Assembly (NCBI RefSeq): GCF_028641065.1
Contig: NC_073385.1
Span: forward strand, 60,326,001 to 60,390,000
DNA from: Leucoraja erinacea
Lineage: Eukaryota
Length of the DNA stretch: 64,000 nucleotides
Direction: 5' to 3'
Shown here one piece after another: positions 23,906 through 37,600 of the stretch. The notes under the pieces are model-generated. The model was given only the letters and a program-made list of their open reading frames with translations, had not been told where the DNA came from and ran no database searches. Position numbers and translations under genes: made by a program. Within the stretch, counting starts at the first letter, position 1. Each line of letters begins with the position of its first letter.

Positions 23906-24698
23906 CCACAATTTGAGATTTGTAATATAAAAAAATCACATGTGATTAAAGTGCCATTTTTATACATTTTGGTTTCACCATGTAGAAATTACAGCAGTGT
24001 TTATACATAGTCCCCCCATTTCAGGGCACCATAATGTTTGGGACACAACAATGTCATGTAAATGAAAGTAGTCATGTTTAGTATTTTGTTGCATATCTTT
24101 TGCATGCAATGACTGCTTGAAGTCTATGATTTATGAACATTACCATTTGCTGGGTTTCTTCTCAGGTGAAGCTCTGCCAGGCTTCTATGCAGCCATCTTT
24201 AGATTTTGCTTGTTTTGGGGGCTAGTCCCCTTCAGTTTTCTCTTCAGCATATAAAAGGCACACTCGATTGGGTTCAGATCGAGTGATTGACTTGGCCACT
24301 CAAGAATTGACCATTTTTTAGTTTTGAAAAACTGTTGGTTTAGCAGTATGTTTGGGTTAATTGTCTTGCTGTAGAATGATCCACCAGCCAATGAGTTTTG
24401 AGGCATTTGTTTGAACTTGATCAGATAGGATGTGTCTATACACTTCAGAATTCATTATGTTACTACCATCAGCAGTTGTATCATCAATGAAGATAAGTGA
24501 GCCAGTACCTTCAGCAGCCACACATGCCCAGGCCATAACACCCCCACCACCGTGTTTCACAGATGATGTGGTATGCTTTGGATCTTGGGCAGTTCCTTCT
24601 CTCCTCCATTCTTTGCTCTTGCCATCACTCTGATATGTTAATCTTCGTCTCATCTGTCGTTAAGACCTTTTTCCAGTACTGTGGTTGCTCTTTTAAGT
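23906..24698 (-). mobile_element. Tc1 transposon remnant (DD34E catalytic region plus partial IR/DR terminal repeat)
   Basis: VKHGGGGVMAWAC, ILQQDN and WPSQSLDLNPIE motifs. Terminal repeat matches 45938-46160. Confidence 0.92.
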
Positions 24699-25911
24699 GG
24701 ACTCGGTGACAAAGCAAAGGCAAAACTTTCAAAATCAGGATTTTGTGTGAATTGGAGGAAAACATGCAGATTGTGATGGACCTGTGGGCGTGAAATGCTT
24801 GTCCTTTATCATGGTAGCGGTCACAGACATCCTGGTTAGGATGTTGATGGCGGGGTCTCTGCTGTTATAATGCCATCAAATGTCAGGTGTATGAGTTTAG
24901 AATGTCTGTTCCTGAAGATGGTCACCACATGGCATTTTTGTGGCACGATCTGCTTTGAACAAATGTATTGCTTCTGGATGTTTTCTACCCATTGCTTCAT
25001 GTAGGTTTGGTCTCTGTCGCTTGATGAAGACTTGCGAATGGAATTGAGTATTGTTCACTCATTAACAACCATCCACACTTTTATCGTATGAAAAATAGTG
25101 TTGAGGATACTGCCCAAAGATACTGTGAGCCGGGAATGCGTTGACCTATAATAACCAAAGTCAATTTCCTTTTTATGTGACATTATCAATAGAGTATTTT
25201 GCTTATGGTGCCCGTTGACTTCAAAGTTACTTACTGAGTCAAACGTTGCCTGATGTCCAGTGCATTCACTCTCAACTCTCAAAGTCAGTTTTTTGGTCCA
25301 CGTCCAGCAGCACTATTTCACATATATTTTTAATATTACCATTATCAAAATGATTTTTTGACTGAACTCACATCCCCAATTTGCTAATTATAATAATCTG
25401 CTCTCTGGTTTGCATTCTAAATCTCACATTCCAGTTACAGGAATCCAATCTTATCAATCATGTTCATATCTCGCGGCACAATTTAGTGCAAGATGGGTTG
25501 TGAAAAGCTCTAAACACTCTTATTTCCTGAGCTATGAGAGTCCAAGTTGTTAACAGCCTTTTTCCGAGGTGATTTGATTTATTTATAGACCATTTCATGA
25601 AGATTTTTGGTTCATTATGCTGCATTTGTTGGTAAATCCATTCCGTATTTTGGCACTGGCCATTTGGTGGAGAAAAAAAACTATGTCCAAAGCTTGATTT
25701 GTGCCAAATTAGCTAATTTGACCGTGGAGGATGTTTGTTAGAATAATACAGCTTGCTTCAAGCATTTCTAAGTCAAGGAAATAAAAATTCAAACCTGGTG
25801 TTCAGTGAGGTTTAGAATAGACAAAACTAAGCACAGCTAGCCCATCTCTTATAGCATAACTGATGCCCGGACTCTGATGTGAAAACTGGCCAATAATAAT
25901 TAAACATTTAA

Positions 25912-27076
25912 CTAGAGAACCACTGTTATGTAAATCTGAACATATGAGGCCCAACTTTAGTCAAGGTAGGAGGGAATTTTTGTAGTACGTTGAGGGGGAG
26001 GGTGAGAGGCAGTAAAACATATTTATTGGCAAGGGTCTCAACCTCGGTGGCGGGGGGGGGGGGTTGGGGCTGGGCTGAGGGGGCGGGGGGGGTGGTTGTG
26101 GGGGCGGGGGGTTTGTGGGTTGTGGGGGAGGTGGGTTGTAGGGGTGGGGGGGATTTGTGGGGGAGGGTGGGTGTGGGGTGGGGGGGTTGGGGCGGCGGAG
26201 GGTAGTGTGGGGGCTGTGGGGGGGGGGTGTGTGGGCGGGGGGCTGTGAGTGGGCGGGGAAGCTTGTGGGGGGAAGGGGGTGTGGGGGGGGGGGTTGTTGT
26301 GTGGGGGGAGAGGGGTGTGTGGGCGGGAGAGGGGTGTGTGGGCGGGAGGAGTTGGGGGGGGAGAGGGGTGGCGGGGGGGGGGGGAGTGAGCTCGGAGAAA
26401 AGATGGGGGAAGAGCCATGGGGAGAGCGGGACATCACAGGGGAAGGGGGGACCAGAGGGGTAGTGGTTGGAATTGGCAGTGCAATGGGGACTCACAGCGG
26501 TCGCTGGTCGTTCTCCAACGGGATCAGAGTCTCTGCTTTCCATTTGGCAACATCTCTGACCAGGCTGGGCTGGACTTCTGACTCTGGGCTGGGCTGGGAC
26601 TTCGACTCTGGGCTGGGCTGGGCTGGGTCTCCCACGCTGGGCTGACTCGAGTCTCCGACGCTGGGCTGGGTCGGGTCTCCGATGCTGGGCTGCTTGGGGC
26701 TAGGTTGCTTCCGGGTCCCTCCGAAAATTGTGTCCAGTTGGAAACCTCTGCCGGCCATCCTCAGCTCCAGTAAAGACGAGATGGCACAGGAAGAGGCGGA
26801 CCGTCCCGGGGAGTGACGGGAAGAGACTAATCCGCGCAGCGTTGATTGGCAGTAGAAGATATCGATCTGCACACGTGCGGTTTTTAAGATTTTTAACCTC
26901 GCTAACTTTTATGACATTCAGCTGATCGGAACGAAACTTGGTGCAGTCGCAGCTTATGAGAATGGTGAGCGAACTAGCGAAAAATCATAGCGCTATCGCG
27001 AACCGTTTTTGCGCAAATAGAAAGACCGCCAAAACGGAAGATAACAAGATCAGAGTTTTAGTTATGAATATATATA
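25912..27076 (-). mobile_element. Non-autonomous Helitron-like element with G-rich and ~25-bp minisatellite interior
   Basis: On the - strand the head is tatattcataactaaaactctgatcttg (cf. 62870 and 63944) and the end is CTAG|T at 25912. No clear 3' hairpin. Confidence 0.55.
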
Positions 27077-27810
27077 TTGGATAACACATAAGTACCATTA
27101 AACACAGAAATCAATTAGCTATGAATAATCCCAATGCATTCAGCAGAATTGGTAAATATTTATAAATTATTATGACCCTAAAGCGTGTATTCCTATTAAA
27201 TTAGCTCCAATTAAGTTTTTAATACTTACAACTTAATGATCAGGGTTTTAAGTAATCTGATTTTGTACGTACAGAATGTGATTGCCTCAATTGAAAGCAC
27301 TGTAGTCAATGATTAAATCTAGCAAATGTTGAGAAATGCAGGTTATCAGGTTAATGTTTACATTATTTTAGATGAACATATTTTGCCTTCATCTCACTGT
27401 CCAATGTAGTAATTGTGGTCAGTGGCAATGAGACAAGTAAAAATAAGATTGTTTTGGTTGAACTAGAAATGGCAATAGCATAATCATTACCAACATCAAA
27501 CTAAGACCATTAACTCTTCAAATTACATTAGCCAACATTTGCACTATTGGTGATTTGAAATTATTGAATGGGATACAGTGCACCAAAGTCCACAATCAAA
27601 AGAGGATGTACGGTTCCTCAAGTTTCCACTAAGATTCTTTAGATTCTTAGAACCTTTAGAAGGCCAAAGACAGGCTAATAAGCTAGAGCTGGAGAATCAA
27701 CAGACAGACAGTATCATGTTCTCAAAAGAGGTAATCTGCAAAACAATTGCCAATCACTATTGGTTTCCACTGCAGAAGGACCCATTGTAATGTATAAATT
27801 GAAAGTATTG

Positions 27811-28163
27811 TGGGCCTGTCCCACTTAGGCGATTTTTCAGGCGACTGCCGGCGACTGTCAGGTCATAGCAAGTCGCTGAAAAACCGGCGGCTGGAACGGT
27901 GACTGTCAAGTGGAACACACACACCCATACACACATTGCTTCCTTCACCAGCTAGTTATGCAGGTGGGGGACAGAGCAAGTGGAGGGAGCACTGTCTGAG
28001 TGAAATTCACACGGTTCAAAGCCAATGTGATACAGACACACACCACGATGAACAGGAAGGTTGGCACTGTAATTAAAACGGTGAAAGCACAGTGTACGGG
28101 AAGGGTCACTTAAGTCCTTTAAAAGAGGGGGAGAAGGGGGAGACGCCATGTGGGACAGGCCCA
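27811..28163. mobile_element. Harbinger-type MITE (GGGCCTGTCCCAC TIR)
   Basis: tgggcctgtcccac ... gtgggacaggccca. Flanks ttg/tta. Confidence 0.8.
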
Positions 28164-28374
28164 TTACAAGTGTATCACTATTGCATCAGTAAGAAGTGTT
28201 TGGATCTCTGGGAAGAGAAGATATAGGAAGGATCTCCAGAACTTGTAAAGGATGGTATTGTGGAAAAGGTGGATATTGTTGTGAGTGATTTCTTGTGAGA
28301 AATTGGATCAGAATCTTATAGCATTCCAATGATGACATGATGGAAATAATGTCCAATTTTAATTCATTTTCAGG

Positions 28375-29245
28375 GAAATTATGATTGTTGACAAGGCCAG
28401 CATTTATTGGTCAACTCTAATTTCCCTTAGAAAGTTGTACAGAGCTAATGTCTTGAATCATTGAAGTATTTTCTAGTGACCACACGCAAACAGTGCTCTC
28501 CACTGATGAATTCCAGGATTTTTGAGCCAACAGACCAATACAAGATAATAGGTGTAATGGTGATCTTGCAATAGATTATACTACTGTAGGCACAAAGGAA
28601 CATAATCTACTGCAAGGTAAGATTAAGGAAATTTGGCAGGTATTATAATGCATTCTGTCAGTGGAAAACTATAGCCAAAATGCAACAGTGGAGGAGAGGA
28701 GCTGGATCAGGTGTTAGTCACCTTGGTTGTTTTAGCCTGGAAGGAGTTAAACTCTGAATGTTGCAAAGGAAGACTCATCCAGATAAGTGGAGCTTGTTCC
28801 ATTACACTCCTCAATGGTGCCTAGTATATACTGGAGAGACTTTGGAAAATAAGAAAGCATGTTGATTGTCACTGGTTATTCAGTTTCCATCCTCCTGTTG
28901 CCATGGTATTTATAGCTGGTCTATATAAGCTTCTAGGTCATGTTTATGATGAAAGATTCTAATTGAATGTCAGGAGAGCATAATTAACTATGTGGCGATG
29001 ATTGTTTCTTGGTTAAAATGGCATGTATGGTACTAATCTTGCATCTAAATGTTGTTTGGATCTTGTTGCACAGAGGTTGGGGCTACTTTACTTTCTGAGA
29101 AGATGGCATTGTACTTGAGTTAGCAGAAGTGTGGAATTAGATTTTTTCTAAATTACTTTGAAAAGTTCTAAAGGAAATTGAAGTTTCAACTCAATTGGTG
29201 AACAGCCCCACACTTGACCTTTTGATGAAAAGGAGATTAGAATCA
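28375..29245 (-). mobile_element. Highly decayed ancient CR1/L2-group LINE
   Basis: Degenerate aaggccagcatttattg...cccttagaa 3' motif. Similar decayed stretches at ~16550-17500 and ~24740-25300. Confidence 0.4.
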
Positions 29246-30855
29246 TTCTGCAATCAAAACAGGGGAAGACAAGTCATGACGTTTGATTTGCCAAAGGTTC
29301 AGTATTGACAAACATCCTGCTGATATTTTGATATTATTTATTAAATTGATATATAAACTCTTTTTATTTCGCTGGGTAGTGTGTGACCAAAATTCAGGGT
29401 GGCTGACTGAACAGAAAAAAAAACAAGCAAATGGCACTCAGGCGGACTCTGCAGGTGGCTGCAATGTGTCCCTGCGCCATCCTTTTCCTGGAGCCTGCTA
29501 CATGTTAGAGTTGTAGTTGTCCCACTAGCACACAGTATTGTTTTCTTTGGCTTCCAGCCTGCACAGCGAAATTTGACATTGTAAAATGATGGGAGTTTGG
29601 CTCTTGTGGTTTTCGTCAGTACATTGGATCCACCATCTGCTAAGTTCTCAAGTTGTCACAATAAACTTGAAATAATCATACAATCAAATTCCTATTTTGC
29701 CTGAGGGGCTTTTTAAGGAATTAGACAATATCTTTAATTGAATGTCCATCTGCTCAGGTCTGCCGGTGTGATACTGTCATGAACTCAGAGGAATAGGCAG
29801 TTAAAAATGCCATTACAGTCTGTCAATCAATGTGAAACACTAATAACCATAGCTGAAGAGAAAAACAATGGTCCAATATTTTGTAGTTATGGTATTAGCA
29901 GAAATTGAGACTTCATTTTGAAATGAGATATCAGTTCCCTTAAAACGACTATCCCCAAGAAAGCTGAGGTAGCTCAGATGCCATGGTGACCAAGATATCA
30001 GTATCAATCCTTAACCATTGCCTCTATTGATGTATCATGTTATAATATAACTATATGAAGTATTATGTTTGCATTGACTGAACTTTGGTCAGAATGCATC
30101 TTGCCTCCAATTCAATTTTTAGTATATATAGCCCATCAAAGACTGGCTTTTAATAATGTGGACCCAGTCAGCATCATTCCAGAAATCTTAGTGTGCTCAG
30201 CTTTCAAAATTAGTGTTTTATTATTGTAAACAGCTGCAGTTACAAATGTCTCTGCGGCTTTTGTTTTTTTAATGTTCTTCTCTATATTCATACAGCAGGG
30301 AAATAAATAACATGTGTTTATATTTTTAATCACGTAAATTAAAAAAAAAAATTCTAATGTCCTTTTAGGTGAATGATGTTAGTTCTGAGAAACATTCCCA
30401 TTTCCACTTCTCATGCTATCAGCATCAGGCGCATAAAGATCAGATTCGAATGTGCTCAACAACTTACCTCACCTTCAATCTCAGAAGAGAATACTTATTT
30501 GCATAAGTATCATATGTTTTCCAAAGCAACAATTACTTTGCCTCAAAGGAAATGGTAAAATAAGATACCAACAACAATGCAAAAAGTTCTAGCATAAACA
30601 TGAAACAGCAGTATGTTAATGAGAACAAATCTGTCAGTTGAGGACATTTTGGGGACATTTTGTTATATTTAAATTTCTTTATGAATGCATTTTGTTGGTG
30701 TGTTTGTCTAAGCAATAATGAAAGTCTACTGTCAGTTTTCTTCTGAATATGATGAAAATTGTTCATTGCAAAGTGTTGCTGTTCAAGACACAATACAATG
30801 GTTTATTGGAAAAAACACAGGGGAAGGGCTGGGATAAATGAAGAGAGCATTGTTC

Positions 30856-31173
30856 AGGGCCTGTCCCACTTACGCAACTTTTTCGGCGACTGCCGGCACC
30901 CGTCATAGGTCATTGTAGGTCACCGAAAATGTTCAACATGTTGAAAATCCAGCGGCAACCAGAACAAGGTACGACTCTTTGGGTGACTATTCACGACCAT
31001 ACAGGCTTCACCCCGCGACATGTCACCAGGGTGTCAACTGTATGGTTGTGAGTAGTCTCCTCAGTCACCCAAACAGATGTAGCATCTCACAACATGTTGA
31101 AAATTTTCGCCGACCTGCAACGACTTATGACAGGTGCAGTCGCCGAAAAAGTCGCGTAAGTGGGACAGGCCCT
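30856..31173. mobile_element. Harbinger-type MITE
   Basis: agggcctgtcccacttacgcaactttttcggcgactg ... cagtcgccgaaaaagtcgcgtaagtgggacaggccct, with extended palindromic arms. Confidence 0.88.
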
Positions 31174-31244
31174 TTAAGGGAAAATCCTATCTGACCAATT
31201 TGATTGCATTTTTTGAAGGTAGTAAAGTGTAGATTAGTGGTTCA

Positions 31245-33123
31245 TGTTACGAGTCATGCTTTTGTAGTTACGCCCACTAGCTTATTAGCGTCGCAGTCTA
31301 TTGTACTCTTCAGTATGAAGTTAACTCTCAAGTGAGAACTTGAGGTTGCTTATTCTAAATAAACATTGTATAACCTGCCAAGGTGTGAGGTCTTTATTAT
31401 TATAAGGACTCAAAACCAACATGGTGTCAGAGTTTACGATCTCACTCTCCGATTGATTATATTGTTTTTATCTTAGTTTATTTTTTTAACCATGATTATG
31501 GCTGCTGCTCTCAGAAAGCCAGATATCTTGGTGTTTGATGTTGATCTTGCAGAGCGATGGCATGTGTTCGAGGAAGATTTTTCAATCTACATTGATGCTG
31601 CTTATCTGAACGCAGCACCCGCTCTTCGTGCCTCGATTCTCCTTAACTTAGCAGGCACTGAAGCTGCACGACGTGCCAGAAGATTTCACTATGGACCGGC
31701 TGGTGTGGATGATGAGGACGTACAAATTCCAGCAGAGTCCACCCGTGATCCTGAGTGCCTCATACGTAAATTCCGACAACTATGTGAGTTACAAATTAAT
31801 GTGAGCATTGAACGACATAAATTGTTCTCATTGTGTCAAAAACAAGAAGAACCGGTCGAGCTCTATGTCAGTGCACTGAAGCATGTTGCTAGTCGTTGTG
31901 ATTTTAGAGAAATCGAATCGTTTGATAAGAGACCGATTAATACCTGGCATATTGAATGATAAGCTACGTGATGAATTGTTGCGTGAAATGTGCCTGACCT
32001 TAGAAGCTGTTGAAAACCGCTGTCGCATAGCTGAGTTAACCAATGCCCACATTAAAACGCTAACATCTCCTGCTGCTCGTGAAGTCAATGCAGCCAGTGT
32101 GTCTAATCAAATTACTACTCGACGGTTTCAGGGGCCAGTTAACAGCCCAAGATGGATTACTAATTGCTTTAATTGCGCAGCTTCACACACTGCAATTCGT
32201 GACCGGTGTCCGGCATTTGGAAAAATAAGCAGGCTCTGTAACAAAATAAACCATTTTGCAAAATGCTGCAAATCGTGAAACAACAGATTTCAAACGAGAC
32301 GGTCTGTCAGCTTGTTAAACCAGGATGATTATCCTAGCTCCCAGTTCTCACAAACAGATGATGACAGCACAGAGATTAATGTGCATGCTTTGTCTGGTTC
32401 AGCGTCCAAGCTTGATCCCGACGTTAAACTGCTCATTAATGGCAAAACTCTATCTTAAGGTTGATAGCGGAGTTCGTTGTAACACAATTTCTTTGGCTGT
32501 CTTCCAACAGCTACAAAACCAGGGAAGCTCTAACTCAGACAACTGCTTCACTTATCTCTTTTAATGGTGCAGCAATGTGCCCTATCGGCCAAGTACAGTT
32601 ACGTTGCCATCTCAATGGATTTTTGCGTGGTACGCGAGAAGGTACCATCCAAACTGGGTGCCGATGCATGCCATGACATTGGATTGATTTCCTTCAACCC
32701 TTCACAATACAAGGACTTGTTTAACGACGAGCTGGGCATGTTGCCTGCCAGATGCACGATTACTATTGACCTTTGGGCAATCCCAGTTGTTCGTCCAACT
32801 CACAGGATTCCCCATGCTATGCGGGATCGAATACAAAGTGAACTTAACAGAATGGTGGCTCGTGGTGTGATTACTCCCGTAACTGAACCCTCAGACTGAG
32901 TCTCTCAATGGTTGCCACTACTAAGAAGAATAAAGATAAGATACGGATTTATATTAACCCCAAGGATTTAAATACAGCAATTAAGAGACCACGTTATCCA
33001 ATGCGTTCAGTGGACGAGATTGTGACACAGATGGCCGATGCAACCGTATTCACAGTGCAAGATGCCAAGAATTAATTCTGGCAGATTCCACTGGAACATA
33101 AATCCTCCAAGCTGACAACTTTC
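31245..33123 (+). mobile_element. 3'-truncated Gypsy LTR retrotransposon (Mag-like): 5'LTR, PBS, gag, protease, partial RT
   Basis: LTR TG(31245)...CA(31421) with AATAAA, then PBS tggtgtcag. gag 31492-32278 has the knuckle CFNC...CPAFGK..C.KINHFAKCC. Protease KVDSG and RT PVVRPTHRIP...FWQIPL...LTTF. Confidence 0.9.
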
Positions 33124-33189
33124 TGTGGCGAAACTTGATAGAAATATACAAAATTATAAAAGGCATAGATGGGGTATACAGTCAGAACT

Positions 33190-33386
33190 TTCAAACTGTA
33201 TTGTCTTCAACTATGTAGTACTGTGACTTTCATCTAAGATTAACTCTGCAAGTAAACTTAGGTTATGGTCTCTACTATTTATTTCATTCCCCTTACATGT
33301 TTTTCCTCTACCTGCTAAATTTTTGTAAGGTGTCCTTGAGACTCTTGAAAGGCGCCCATAAATAAAATTTATTATTATTATTATTA
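33190..33386 (+). mobile_element. L2-type 3' tail
   Basis: tgtaaggtgtccttgagactcttgaaaggcgcccataaataaaa(tta)n. Confidence 0.65.
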
Positions 33387-33799
33387 TGGTTCAATGGTAC
33401 GTTATTGACGCAAGTACTTAGATACGGTGAAATTACATTTTTGCACATAGTTCGGTAAAAATCTTACTATACATTGGTACAATCATACTTAAGTATAAGA
33501 GTGTAGAAATAGTAGATTATATTAAGCCAGAACACAAGAGTCGCCATGTTTCTGGTGCTATTTGTGTGATTCTGGTTTTTAAAAATGTAGAGTGTTAACT
33601 TGCGCACAAAGGCCAGTTGACCTGGCAATGGCACTGGGTCGGAGTTGTAGGGTCGGCTTGTTCAGGTGGCGTTGTTTGTGTTCGCTGCCGCTGCATGCTG
33701 CATCCGATCCGCATGCTCAGCTCTTGGAGTGGCACCTGAATCACTCAAGCCCCAGCCTACTGCTGGGCCTCCAGCAGTCCACTCCTTTGACAACTCGAT

Positions 33800-34664
33800 C
33801 AAGAACATTGGGCGATTCAGACGTTGTAGCCATTAGGGAAATGTGGTTTAGAGAGGGGGAGCACTGGCAGCTCAGTGTTCCAGGCTATGGGTGATTAAGC
33901 AGAGACAGAGTTGAGGGTAATAGAAGAAGGGGGGTTGCGTTATTGGTTAAGGAGGATGTCACGGCATTGGTCAGAGGTGACATTACGGATGGTTCGTCTA
34001 GTGAGGCTATTTGGGTGGAGCTGAGGAGAAAGGAATGGATGATCACCTTGTTAGGGGTGTACTACAAACCCTCAAATAATCAACGAGAATTAGAAGAGCA
34101 AATGTGCCCAGAGATTGCAGGCGGCTGCAGGTCTAATGAGGTTGTGGTGGGGGATTTTTACTTTCCCAATATTGACTGGGAATGTCACAGTGAGAACGGT
34201 TTAGATTGGGTGGAATTTGCAAATGTGTTCAGGAGAATTGATTTGGGCAATATGTAGAGGGCTTTACACAGGAGAGGGCAACGCTTAATCTAGTCTTGGG
34301 AAATAGGGAGGGGCAAGTGGTTGAAGTGTCCATGGATGCACCTTTTGGAACCAGTGACCACTGTTCTATGCACGTCCCTGTTAGAGTGAAGGGAAAGCCA
34401 GGCAAATGTAAGGAAGCCTGAATGGTGAGGGTAATTGAGGCTTTATTCAACAGTAACAGGATTGGTCCAAGTCAGCATGGATTTACGAAGGGGAAATCGT
34501 GCTTGACTAATCTTCTGGAATTTTTTGAGGATGTAACTAGGAAAATGGACAAGGGAGAGCCAGTGGATGTAGTGTACCTGGACTTCAGAAAGCATTTGAT
34601 AAGGTCCCACATAGGAGATTAGTGGGCAAAATTAGGGCACATGGTATTGGGGGTAGAGTGCTGA
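33800..34664 (+). mobile_element. CR1 ORF2 fragments (endonuclease 33800-34370; RT 34445-34664)
   Basis: EAIWVELR, GDFYFPNIDW and [20 protein letters not shown] motifs. Confidence 0.85.
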
Positions 34665-37600
34665 TGTAGTGAGACCAGGCAGGTAGAGCAAAATGTTCTT
34701 TATTAGCGAAATAACCCTGGAACTACACGTGTACTTGGTCAGGAATATACTATCTAAGCCTGTCGTCGTGAGGAGCACCAGTTACTGAACATACTGATAA
34801 GCCCGCGAGCGAACCCCGGTCACGTGACAGTCCTGATCAAAGACGAGGGTTCTGAATACACAGCTTCACCAGTAGGTGCCACTACATGACGCCCCCCCCC
34901 CAGAACCAGAGGAAAGAACACAAGCGGGAGTCCGAATAAGGCGCCAGACCGCTTGGACCGCAGGGAGAACAGGTGCAACAGGCAAAGGCGGGAGGATCGG
35001 CGGATGACCTCTATGACGTGGCTGGGCGAGCAACACCGGGCAGTCGACATCGAGGTGGGCTGGCTTAAGGCAGGCCACCGAAACGACCTCCCGCCGGCCC
35101 CTGACATCCAAAACTGAAGTCGCGATGCCGGGTTACAACACCCGGAAAGGACCCTCGTAAAGGCGCTGCAGCGGAGTCCGGTGCGAATCCCTGCGAAGAT
35201 AAACAAATTGGCAGTCTTTGAGGCCAGGCGGGACATAGGAAGGGGCAACCCTATGGCGAGAGGTCGGGACAAGGGCCAGCTTGCCCACTTGCTCACGGAG
35301 GTGCGCCAGCACAGACGAAGGGGGTTCCTGCTGTTCCCATGCTGCTGGAATAAAATCGGCAGGTACTTTACGTGGGGAGCCATAAACCAACTTGGCGGAC
35401 GATGTGGCCAAATCTTCCTTCGGGGCCGTGCGGATCCCCAGCAAAACCCACGGCAATTCGTCCAACCAATTGGGGCCCGTGAGCCGTGCCTTCTAGGAGG
35501 ACTTCAGGTGCCGGTGAAAACGCTCTCCCAGGCTGTTAGCCTGAGGATGCTACGCTGTAGTGTGGTGCAGCTGAGCACCGAGCAGCTGGGTCATGGCCGA
35601 CCACAGCGCAGAGGTAAATGTCGCAGAGGAGATGTCGGTCGTAACGAGCCACCCAGTCCAAGTGGGCAGTGAGAGCTCGTGCACAAGTCGCGGCGGAGGT
35701 GTCAGGGAGCGGAACGGCCTTGGGCCACCGCGTGAAATGGTCCATAATGTGAGCAGGTGGGTGACACCTCGGGATGGCAGTAGGGGACCCACAAGGTTGA
35801 CGTAGATGTGGTCAAATCGGTGCTGAGGGATGACAAAATCCTGCAGAGGCGCGCGCACGTGGCAATGGACCTTGGACGTTTGGCAGGGGATGCAGGCCCT
35901 GGCCCAGGCACTGACCTGCTTGCGGAGACCATGCCAAACGAACTTGGTCGCCACCAATGCAATAGTTGCCCGGACAGAAAGGTTGGCTAAGCCGTGGACG
36001 CCGCCAAACAGTAGGGACGATAGGTCACGGTTGGTTTCCGCATCCCACACCAGGTCCTGCTGTTTGCTTGCCAGACACTGGAACAAAGGTTGCATAACCC
36101 GGGCCGCCGCTGGGACAAAACGATGATAAAAATGAATCATGCCCACAAACTCTTGAAGCCCTTTCACTGTGGCTGGCGGGGAAACTGCGGAATAGCCTTC
36201 ACCTTTTTTTTTGTATCAAAAAATAATTTATTTAAATTCCAACAGGATACAAAAACCAAAAAAAAACAAAACCATGGTGACATACCCACCAACATGTTAC
36301 AAAATCATCAAACAACTATTTTACAAGTATTCTAATAGCTTTTGTACAACCCCGTAAAGGGGCAAGCATCTGGCTCGGGCAAAGCCCTCTTCCGCATGGC
36401 GCCGTGACTCGCGGTTAGCCAGCTTGGCAAGGCCGAATAGCCTTCATCTTGGAGGGGAGCGGGGTTGCGCCCTGCTGGGTAACATGATGAACGAGAAATG
36501 AAATTGAGTCGAGGCCAAACTGGCATTTGGTGGGATTGATAACGAGGCCATGGTCCCTGAGGCGCTGGCACAACAACTGGAGGTGCGCACAGTGCTTTTG
36601 ACGGGAACGACTGGCGATCAGAGTGTCATCGAGATAGATGAACAAAAATTCTAACACCCGGCGGTATTCTTGAGGCCGAACGGCATCCGCAACCATTCGA
36701 ACAGTCCAAAAGGGGTAATAATGGCGGTCTTAGGCACATCATCGGGGTGGACAGGGATCTGGAGGTACCCTCGCACCAGATCAATTTTAGAAAAATACTT
36801 AGCCCCGTCCAAATGGGCTGTGAAATCCTGTATGTGCGGGACGGGGCGTTGTTGAGGCAGCAGTAGTCCTCGCACAGTCTCCAACCGCCGGCAACTTGGG
36901 GGCTATATGGAGTGGGGAGGTCCATGGGCTGTCGGAGTACCACACAATAGCCATCTCCTCCATGTGCTGGAATTCCTCCTTGGCAATCCGCAGCTTGTCA
37001 GGCGGGAGCCTGAGTGCCCTTGCGTAGAGCGGTGGGCAGGTGGTGGGGATGTGGTGTACGACGGCGTGTCTGGGGTTGGCCGAATTAAACTGGGGGGGGT
37101 CAGGATTTTAGGGAATTCAGCCAGAATTTGAGCGTACGCGTCGTCCGCGTCTGACATCGAATCGAGGTGTGGGTTGGAGGGGACCGCAGGCTGTGACGAT
37201 ACTTGCTGGAGCGTCTCGGAATGCACGAGACATTGGCCCTTGACATCGACCAGTAGGGAGTAGGCCCATAGGAAGTCGGTGCCTAAACAATGGTTGGGAG
37301 ACATCGACGATGGTAAACGGCCACGAGAAATGGTTGGTAGCTGAAAACAAGGGAACAGTACGAATCCAATAAGTCCGGATGGGGCTGCCGTTGATGGCGG
37401 TCAGGGTGGGGCCTCGCTTGCCGGAACGGGTGTCGACCCCAGATGGGGACAGTATGTTGATCTCTGCCCCCATGTCAACAAGGAATCGGAGCCCGGAACG
37501 ACGGTCTCAGACGTAGAGGCGATGTTTCTGGCCAACCACGATAGCCTCTACTGGTGATCGGCTAAAGTATTTCCCAGATGCGAGCAGGGAGAACAGCATC

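Noticed and set aside
25926-26645. Pro-rich and Gly-rich ORFs
   Set aside because: Low-complexity G/C runs inside a repeat; no domain or splice support.
30369-30558. Acceptor-like site and short ORFs
   Set aside because: No recognisable protein similarity and no convincing donor.
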